Source: Takakia lepidozioides (taxonomy: Eukaryota > Plantae > Bryophyta). Taken from it: a stretch of 64,000 nt of DNA. The stretch spans positions 71,362,001-71,426,000 of the forward strand of contig CM060731.1 of assembly GCA_030704615.1 (NCBI GenBank), written 5' to 3'. Both the position numbers and the translations under genes were made by a program. Under the pieces are notes generated by a model. The model ran no database searches and was not told where the DNA came from. It saw only the letters and a program-made list of their open reading frames with translations. Shown here piece by piece: positions 52,409 through 62,096 of the stretch (its first letter is position 1; the number at the start of each line of letters is the position of its first letter).

Positions 52409-55400
52409 TCATACTGTGGTATGCTGTGATAGGCTGTGTTGCACTGTGGTAAGCTGTGATAGGTTGTGACACGCTGTGGTAGGTTGTGATAGGCTGTGTG
52501 ATGGGCTGTGATAGGCTGTGTCACGCTTGTACTGCCCGCCCTGGTCATATACGCTCGGCCTAACGACAAGTGCTTCATACTCCGTTGGTATCACTGGCGC
52601 AGCCCATGACTGCTTCTGCGTTTCAACATGCAAATCATGCTGCAATGGTTTGTCATGGATACCACTGTACCCCTTCAACTTATTGGCATTGACTCTTCCC
52701 AGCATCTCTTTGTTAATGGTTTGTAACATGGCGGTGTTGTTATCATACATCTTCAGTATGACATAAGGTCCTTTCCATGGTGATTTAAGTTTAGAAGCTT
52801 TAATCTTTCCCTTCTTCCGCAACCAGAGAACCAAATCTCCCGTCTTAAAAGTTTTTAATTTGCCTTCATCAAACTGTTCCTTTCTCTTCATCTGAATTCT
52901 GGTCATGTTATCAGCTGCATCAGCACGTACTTCTTCCACATGGTCAGAGTTGTGATGAATGTCAGAGGCTAGGACCTTTGCAGAGATATGGGAAGATGGC
53001 TTTGCATCCTACAATGCCTACTGAACTATTTCAGAAATGGGGACTAGACTTTGTTGGACCAATTAACCCACCAGCCAAGAATACACAGAACAGGTACATA
53101 ATTACAGCCATTGATTATACTACGAAGTGGGTGGAAGCTAAAGCTTTGAGGGACAACACAGCCAAGTCCACAGCAAGGTTCCTGTATGAGAACATACTTA
53201 CATGATTTGGCTGTCCCTTGGAATTTATCAGTGATCAGGGAAGTCACTTCATTAATGAGACCATTGAACTATTGACTAAAGAGTTCATGATTGTGCATAG
53301 GAAGAGTACAACGTATTACCCACAGGGTAATGGGCAGGCAGAGGCTACCAACAAAATACTATGTACTATCTTGGCTAAGATAGTCAATGCAAACAGAACG
53401 GATCGGGATACAAAGCTGCTGACAGCTTTGTGGTCATACAGGACTTCATATAAAGTCACCACTAAGTATACACCATTCTAATTAGTTTATGGTATGGAAG
53501 CTTTACTTCCAGTGGAATTCCTGTTACCTACCATGCGAACGGAATGGGGAAAGAGAATGGAATTGCAAGATTCAATTAAGGTCAGGAAACATGAATTATA
53601 ATACTTGTGTACATCTTTGAACAAAGTAGGCCACCAGTAACCTGCAAGTAGTATCTTCCTACTGGTAGTCTCTTCTCCAAAATGACCTCCAACCACTCCT
53701 TTATGAACTTCCTCCAAGACTTTATTTACTTCATGGTGGTACAAGCATCGTTTAAGTACTCCATCAGGTCCTAGCTTATACATTCTGCTTCCTACCATAG
53801 TATAAGGTAAAGCCTTGATAGCGATTCTCTTCCTTTGCTCCTTACCATAACTAGGTGGGCACTGACCATGAGTAAGGTAGTATTTGATTGGCCACTGCCA
53901 ATCTAACCATTCATCTGCACTTCCTTGCACCTCCATTACAAATAAACTCGCATCTGGTAACTGATCGTCTACTCCTGTGGCGGCCTCTCCTATTGTTAGT
54001 CGTGACAAATGATCTGCCACAAGATGCAAACGGCCAGGCTTGTAAACAACTTCGAACTCAAACTCGTGCAAGATTATTAACCACCTCGCTATCCTTCCAC
54101 TTATCAAAGGTTTGTTCACCAGATATATCAGAGCCTGGTGATCCACATAAAACATAAACTTTCTTCCCAATAGGTAATGCCTAAATTTCTTGACTGCATA
54201 AATCATTGCCAGTGCTTCTCTTTCAGTTGTGCTATAGTTCCTTTCAGCACTGTTCATCAACCTGCTAGCATAGTACACAGGTGAATCTAATATTTCCTGT
54301 AACATTTTGGGCTAACACCGCTCCCAACGCTTCTCTTGAGGCATCACAGTGAACATGAAATACTACATGCTAGTGAGGGTTAATCAGTACAGGTGTAGTT
54401 GTTACTGACAATGTAAGTTCCTCAAAACCCTGTTGACATTCAGCTGTCCATGCAAACACTGCATCTTTCTTCAGAAGCTTGCTCAATGGTGCTGCTATTT
54501 GTGCATACATTTTGACAAATCTTCTGTAATAACTGGTTTGCCCAAGGAATCTCCTTAGACTCTTAACATTTACTGGTGGTGGAGAGGCTTTAATGGCCTC
54601 TATCTTCCTGGGATCCACAAGAAGTCCCCTCTTACACACAATGTGTCCCAGAAGCACCCCTGAGTTCACACAGAAAATACATTTCTCTGGATTCAGGCCC
54701 AGACCTCTCATTCTGCATCTGGCCAGACATAACTCCAACTAATGCAAGTGCTCATTCTTAGAGTTGTACACACTGAAATCATCCAAGAATACCTGCATGA
54801 AATCATCCAGATACTCATGAAAAGATTCACTTATCACTCTCTGAAAGGTTGCTGGTGCATTACAAAGTCCAAAGGGCATGACTTTGTATGCATAAGCACC
54901 TTAGTCTGTGATGAAAGCTGTCTTTCCCTGGTCTGCTTCTGCCACTTGCACTTGATTATAACCACTGAAGCCATCCATGAATGAGTACATCTCATGGCCT
55001 TCCACAATGTCCAATACTGCTTCTGTGAATGGTAAGGGAAATGGATCATTCTTCGTGCAAGCATTCAACTTCTTATAGTTCACACAAACTCTTAGTTTAC
55101 CATTCTTCTTGGGAACTATCACAATGGGTGACAACCAAGTTGTATACTCTATTGGGTATATAAACTTAGCCTCAGCCAACTTCTTGATCTCTTCTCCAAC
55201 CTTTTGTGCGTAGTTGGGATTCATTCTGTACCTTGCCTGCTTGATTGGTACTGACCCCGGTTCCAGTTCAATCTTATGCTGACAGATTTCAGGTGGTATC
55301 CCTTTTAAATCCTCATAGCTCCAAGCAAATACATCTTTGTATTTGATGAACAAACTCTTAGCTTCTTCAAAGAATTCTGGCTCCAAATCAGCTCCTACCT

Positions 55401-56323
55401 TCACCATCCTCGGTTCCTCTTGAGTTCCCACATTCACTTCCCTCACTTGCTCATCAGCTGTGATTGTCCAACCAGTCACCACTTCATCCTGTAAACTCAC
55501 AGTGGCTGGTTCCTCTAGGATTTCCATTTCTCCTTCTTTTTCTTCATTGAAATGTGATGGGTAACTGCTGGTTTCCTCTTCAATCGGTGTTGTTGACACT
55601 ACACCACAGCAGATACCCCTTAAACAACTTAGGCCTTCCAGCCGCATCTCTGCAACCTGCTCCCACTCTGGGTGTGCAGCAAACAGGGGTAGCTTCCTGC
55701 TCCTCATCCAGTCCTCCTCTCCAGTCATACTCTCTGACTCCTCGAGGTCTTCTCGTAGCAGGTAATCTACTAGATTTCTTTGTGGTAATTTGTATCTCGT
55801 GCATCCCATTATGCACGGTTAGTAACTGAGAATTCCAGTCATGGAATACCCTGGCATGTTTCAGCCACGGACGTCCCAATAATAAGGGGTAAGCCTCCAT
55901 GACTTCATCCATCTTCAACACAGTTACTGTGATCATAAAGATCATCTTCTGTATCTGTTTCTTAACTCCTCTTATTAATCCCAATGGCTGTACACTTCTT
56001 TGATCTGCCATTGTTACTATAAATGGGGCTGGTTTCATGTTACTTAGACCAAGCTTCTTCCTTAATTGGTCTGTCATGATATTTACTCCTGAGCCTCCAT
56101 CTATCAGTACATCAGTTAGTTCTGTGCTTCCAATTCTCAATTGGATTACTGGCATAGAATCATCAAAGTCCATGACTGTTTCTCGCCCTTCCGGCTTCAC
56201 ATTATAACTGGTCACATTGCTGTTCAGGTCTGTGTTTCCTGTCTCCTGGGCAATTCGATTGATTGCTTGATACAGCCTGTGTTTACAATAAGGTGCCACA
56301 GCCAATAGCTGTCCAATGGTAAT
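52409..56323 (-). pseudogene. A5 pol (PR-RT-RH-INT) with inverted integrase core 52944-53600
   Basis: ORFs 55580-56323, 54901-55809, 54370-54738, 53601-54305 and 52409-52939 on the minus strand. The integrase core (WGLDF, SDQG, GQAE) is on the plus strand at 52978-53481. Confidence 0.92.
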
Positions 56324-57218
56324 TGTCCCACGGCTTTTACTCACCCATCCCTTCGCTATCCGAGGCGGGAACTCCAAGATAGAAGAGTTGGAAATCTCTA
56401 AGCACTCAACCCGCTCAGAACAATCAGTCATGACCTACAGCTAGTGTATCATGGGGGTGTTTCCTATTTGTTTTCCTTCCCGCATTCATATTAGCCAATT
56501 ACCTTACTGTTGGTATTTAAGTATCAGTTTGCTTCAGCAATCTATCGGATTCCATCAACTCATCCATTCATTCCACAGCTTCACTCAGATCTCTCTACAC
56601 AGTGTGAGTATGAAGTATGTATCAGATTAATATCTATCAAGTATCAGGCTGAAGCCATGGTATCTCTATTCTGCTCTACATTACAACTCTACTTCTTGCA
56701 TTCATCAAGTATCAACAGATCGTTCTCCTCCTACTCCGTGCTCTCCCTCTTTCTCCTCAGAGATGCGCTCTCCGCTTCATTTCCAAGTTCTGATTTCCCC
56801 CGAAGTGCCCCCACTCCTTCCCCAAGTGATTCCCCAAGAAGTGATGCTTTTCCAGTCCTCGCTCCTGGATTTATCTTCCTACCCGTTGTTCTAACCGTTT
56901 CCCTCACTAACCGTCATCCGTGAACTAACATGTTATATTCGCAGATGTTGTTCCCCACAGTCGTTCCCTATCCTGCTATCCGTTCCCTATGGTCGTGACA
57001 GCAGTGTCAAGCTGTGACTGGCTGTGTGAAACTGTGACGGACTATGACTGGCTGTGCGACTGTGTTGGACTGTGACGGGTTGTGTCGGACTGTGATTGGC
57101 TGTGCGACTGTGTTGGGCTGTGACGGGCTGTGTTGGGATGTGATTGGCTGTGCGACTGTGTCGGGCTGTGTCGGGCTGTGACAGGCTGTGTGGGACTGTG
57201 ACGGGCTGTGTCGACTGT
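56324..57218 (-). repeat. Family A LTR (A6), truncated within its ACAGCC array
   Basis: The U5 end ..GCCGTGGGACA joins directly to A5 pre-protease sequence. The middle of this LTR differs from the A5 3' LTR, so the two are not a pair. Confidence 0.88.
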
Positions 57219-58373
57219 GGATCCGCAGTCTTTTACGTTTCTACTAGGGATTCCAGAGGCAATGAGCTCCTTGTGGATGAGTCAATCGTGGACTCTTGGG
57301 ATCCTATTTGGAGACAGGTGAACGAATCCTTATAACTTCTTCTCTCCAGGAAACCTTCGACCCAAGCATTCTTCCTATGGTCGTGACAGCTGTGTCAAGC
57401 TGTGACTGGCTGTGTGAAACTGTGACCGGCTGTGACCGGCTGTGTCGGGCTGTGTCGGCTGTGCGAAGCTGTGACGGGCTGTGTTGGCTGTGCGAAGCTG
57501 TGACGGGTTGTGTTCTGAAGACACAACGGCGGTAGACAACATGTGCAACTTCTCCTGGGCCATCACCGGCTTGCTTGGCTTGTTGAAATGGTTTTTCACC
57601 TCTTGAAGAAACTGTGGTCCGAAGGATGGGTCGGCAATTCTCAACTGCTTCACAAAAGCACTCATAATTTCTTGTGGCGGTCATCTCTTGCTTGATGTGA
57701 CTCTCAACCCCCTTTGCTATCCTTTTCTCTTCAAGGGCAGAGCTGTAGTATTCTAGTTTGCCACGTTGTCCTGCATTTGCAATGTCTTGCTGCAAGAGAA
57801 TGCACGACAAATGCATTAACACAAGGGCAAGGGAAACAAACAGAAACAAAGATCTGGAAGCAGGAATATCCAAAGGCCAGATGACGGAAGATGTATCTCA
57901 CCGCGTACATATACTCCATGAAAGCCTCACGGGTCAACGAGTACCATGTTTCTGATGTCTTGGAGCTCTTGCACTTCTTGTATGTCTCTGCTGAAAGGAT
58001 GGTCTTGAAGTTCGTCAAGGGCATCTGGCTGATCCTCTGTATCCTGTACAGAGTGTGAACCGGACTCATTTCACATGCAATGTCTCCATCCCTCTGCAGA
58101 ATGATGTGTGAAAGTCAGAATGAAATTCAAGAACCGACAACAGAGGACTGGAACCAAAGAACCACGGAACCACAACAGGAACATGTAGAATGAGAAACCA
58201 TCCTATTCACATCATTCATTGCCGTCAGAAGACCCATCATGTTCCCGTCACAATCCAGCACCATCGTTCAAACACAGTAATGCCACTCTTCATCCTGTGA
58301 GTGCAGCCTCCCAATGACAACCATCCGTGCAAACAACCGGTGGTTTCCATCCCATACGTGAAACATCTTCCCT
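57219..58373. pseudogene. Fragment of an intron-containing gene with a ParB/sulfiredoxin-like DGNHR motif, split by an inversion
   Basis: Plus strand 57219-57373 (AVFYVSTRDSRG..SWDPIWRQVNES) joins in frame to minus-strand 58373-58199 (GKMFHVWDGNHRLFA..), then exons 58093-57902 and 57789-57513 with phase-0 GT-AG introns. Two stops, and probably a frameshift in the last exon. Confidence 0.65.
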
Positions 58374-58545
58374 GGGAACGGATAGCAGGACAGGGAACAA
58401 CTGTGGGGAACAACATCTGCGAATGGAACATGTTAGTTCACGGATGACGGTTAGTGAGGGAAACGGTTAGAACAACGGGTAGGAAGATAAATCCAGGAGC
58501 GAGGACTGGAAAAGGATCATTTAAGGGGGGTTCACTTCTTGGGGG
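57374..58545. repeat. Family A LTR fragment in two pieces (57374-57512 minus; 58374-58545 plus)
   Basis: The pieces are contiguous in intact LTRs (..gtcacgaccatagg|gaacggatagcagg.., compare 27815-27850). Confidence 0.85.
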
Positions 58546-60680
58546 GCCAAACCTCAGGCAATCCAGTTCTGGTATGGAATTTTGGACAAGGAGCTCAGGA
58601 GAAGGGTGCGGGATGCAACCCTGTTACAAGCAGCCCAACCCACATTAGCAGATGTATTTCTGCTGGCTGAGCGGATTGAGCTCAACATGGTGGAGGAGCG
58701 AGTTGTTACCATTGGATTTGGCAAAGACATGCCTGCACGAGGCGCAGCTGCTAGCCCACAGGCACAAGGGACTGCCCAACAGCGTGGTCAGGGGGGCAGG
58801 GTTTCCTAGCCCAAGTTCCATGGAGCTTACAGGGGACCTCAGGTGCAGAGGCCCGTGCCATCTTTTGCAGGCCAACAACAACCAGGGGTGATATGTTGGA
58901 CATGTGGAGGACCCCATGTCAAAAGAGATTGCCCAGAGAGTGGCAGAAGGCCGGCACAAGCACAGCCTGCACAGTTGCAGTGTGGGCATTGTGGCAAGTA
59001 TGGGCATGGAGATGCCCAGTGTTATGACTTGCATCCTGAGTTGTGCCCAGGCCAGTTCCAAGGGAACAATGGTGGCCGGGGGCGAGGTGGACCAGCCCAG
59101 AGAGGACGGGGTGGCCAGGCACAGGCCAAGGGCAAGCTCATCATGGCCAAGGACGCGGAGGTCAGGGTGTTGACCAAGGCATGGCCAACCGGCTTCAGCA
59201 GCTAGAGCAGATGCTCGCTGCCATGGCTACAGCTCAGGCGGTACCGGCTCCCAGGCGGGATGGTCCACCTCCTACTCCTGAGGCAGGAGATATAGGAGGC
59301 ATGGGATTCATGTGCGGAGCAGCACTACCACTAGTGCAGGTGGAGTCTGCTGCAGCTGTGACTCGAGGAACAACACGAGTTCCTGAGCCACGAGGTGCAG
59401 AGGTGGAATTGGATCCACAGCGTGGGGAGGCAAGCCGTCAGGCGAGGCTTCCTCAGTCATTCACATTGGCGGAGACTGTGTCGACGCCATCCATGGCACC
59501 TAGTTCTCGCCCGACTGTTACCGAGGCGGAGGTTACTATGCCATTGGGGAGAGCTACACGTGCAGCACTGACACCTGCTACCAAGGCTAGTGCAGCCGGT
59601 GTGTGGCTGGGGGCAGCCACCTCTGTGTGTCAAGCCCCACTGTTCTCGGCAACCATGATTGCGACGCCGGGGGTAAGACCAGCTGCAGTGTTCAGACTAG
59701 CAGCAACACTCTGTGAGAGTGAGGAGGTCACTTCATCTTCTACGGAGTTAGTGGAAGGTGTAGTGGCAGAGGGATCCTTGGATTTGAGGGTCAAGACTGC
59801 CACGACTGCGCCATGGCAAGCTGCAGCTGCCAGGTTGACGGAGCTGCCAACTAGGCCAGCCTTTGAGCGCACCATGGTGACACCTGGAGTTGTCATGTTA
59901 GACAACCAGGATGACATTTTCACTTTGAGTGGACCGGCAGGCAAGAAGTACCGGCCACTGCGGGTCTTGTTGGACTCGAGAGCTCAGCCACTAATGTTGG
60001 GCATAGCTGCTATTACAGGTTTGGGCCGCATGGAGGCGGATATGGAGCCTTGTCCTTTCCAGATACAGACATCTGTGGGAGGATCAGAGCAGGCTCGGGG
60101 CATGACACGGCGTGAGTTGGCCATTGGACTACAGCCGGATTACCCTACAGATGGCTCAATGATGCGAGCCAAGGCCATTGTGACAGACGCGGTCTCGTAC
60201 GATGTCCTGGTTGGTGGGGCAGTGTTGTACCCCATGGGCTTCACCCTGGATTTTTGGGAGGAGTCAGCTTCCTATAGGCCTGGATGGCAGTCAGGGGAGG
60301 GTCGTCATGTACAGCTCCCTGTGACATTCATTGGAGGTATTGCGGCTGCCCAGCGGGGCAAGATGCCAACACTAGCCACCTTCACAGCTGCAGCTAGTTG
60401 GCCTGGAGAGTTGCTGGAAAGCAATGCCCATGCAGAGGATGTGCCACCTCTAGCAGAGCAGGATGACATGCATGGTACGGCGGAGTTGCCCGCCATGGTT
60501 GCTCACACTCCATTGTGGGGTACGAGCAAGGATTTGCAGCAGGCTGCTGATGGATGGGTGCAACAAGCCTGGGTAGAGGCCTTTGTACCGTCAGTTGAAG
60601 AGGAGAGTGCGGTGATTGCACCAGGACCACCTCAGTTGTCGCCATTGGACACCACACCTCTTGTGTGGCAGTGCCCGAAT

Positions 60681-61635
60681 GAAGGCATATGCCTTCTGGA
60701 CTTGTTTGGCGGGATCAGCACTGGATTGGCTGCAGTGCTGCAGGCAGGTGTACGAGTTCGACGTTACCTGTATGTGTAGAGGGATGAGACCGCACAATAC
60801 GTCTCACTGTGCCATGTTGCTCAGATTGTGCAGTAGTACCCTGAGTTGTTGCCGGTGTCTGCAGTTCATGGATATCAGCAGGCCTTGCCAGCAGACATTG
60901 CGTTGCTGGGGGCGCAGGATTTGGAGCGAGTTGGCTCCATTGATCTAGTAGTGGCAGGTTGGCCCTGCCAAGGGCATTCATCAGCCGGGCATGGCAATGG
61001 ATTGCGAGACTCGAGGACGGGTCTGTTTTGGGAGATGGTGCGGATTTTGCGCCACTTGCAGCTTCATCAAGCTATATCTCTAGCATACATCTTGGAGAAT
61101 GTGCCACTGATGGGTGATTCTCGGGCCAAGGTGATGGCCAGTGTGCATCAAGTCCAGTCGTGGCTTGGGTCAACAGTGTTGCTAGATGCAGCTGCAGTAG
61201 GGTCACGGGCTCATCGTCCATGGCTATGGTGGACTAACTTGATGCCACCCGCACTGCTCAAGGATGCATTTGATGGGGTGCAGCGGCCGGCACACCTCAC
61301 CGTGGATGGCATTTTGGACACAGGGAGGCAGTCTCAATGTGTGAGTCATGCTGACCATTCGCCTTTGGCAGTGGTCAACAAGGTGGGTCAACCACGAGCA
61401 GCATTACCTACACTGCTCAGCTTCCCCGGATCCCATGCTTTTCGGGATGGTGGACCTGGCCTATTGTGGGATAGCCAATTGCAATAATTAGTGGAGCCCA
61501 ATGCTGACGAGCGCGAGCGAGCGATGGGTTTTACCACTGGTACCACGGCGGTGCCATCTCTTTCTGAGGCATCACGTCGTCAGGTGTTGGGGCAAGCAAT
61601 CGATCTCAATTGCTTGACCTGGATTATCAGCTTGG
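60681..61635 (+). pseudogene. C5 cytosine DNA methyltransferase domain (DNMT3-like) within family B pol
   Basis: Motif I LDLFGGI; II YLYV[E>stop]; III ADI; IV DLVVAGWPCQGHS (catalytic PC at 60963-60968); V DSRTGLF; VI YILENV (ENV at 61095-61103); VIII AHRPW..WTNL; IX ERERAMGF; X RRQVLGQAID. Three in-frame stops and no frameshift. Confidence 0.92.
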
Positions 61636-62096
61636 CTATGGCTGAGCAGCGCAGAGTACGGAGTACACTTCCCTTCATGGTCTCCCTACCTACCGAGACG
61701 GTACAGGCAGCGAGTGGGGGCGAGCAGGTGAGGACCACGAGGTGCGGGCCGCATCCATGGCACACGTGGGAGGTGCTCGAGGTTCAGAAGGAGTTGGCAG
61801 CCAAGGTGGCGGTGATGGATCAGGTTGGGGATTTTTCTCGGGTTGAGGAGGTACTCAAGGATGGGATGATGGGGCAGGATGAGACATTGTCACTGACAAA
61901 GGAGGCAGTGGTCACTGCTCAAGAGGTTGCAACATAGCAACCACGGGACGCGTCTTCTACCTCTAAGCCTGCTGGACTCAAGGTTGCAGTCACGGAGGAC
62001 AACTGGGAGCCTGATGTTGGACCTATAGTCACCGAAGGAGAGAGACGACGTATACGGCGGTTCTTCAGGGCTTACAGAAACTGCTTTGCCTTCAGT

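Larger units (their letters stand above)
47015..56323 (-). mobile_element. Ty3/gypsy family A, copy A5 (gag and 5' LTR missing)
   Basis: 3' LTR at 47015-48056 (both terminal dinucleotides mutated), PPT, near-intact 3' ORF, integrase with an internal inversion, RH, RT and PR. Confidence 0.93.

Noticed and set aside
47015-57218. A5 as one complete element with paired LTRs
   Set aside because: The two LTRs differ strongly in their middles, PBS and gag are absent, and there is no TSD.
60681-61635. Host DNMT3/DRM gene or bacterial contamination
   Set aside because: It is intronless, in frame with the retroelement protease and RT, shares their base composition and decay pattern, and sits in plant TE sequence.
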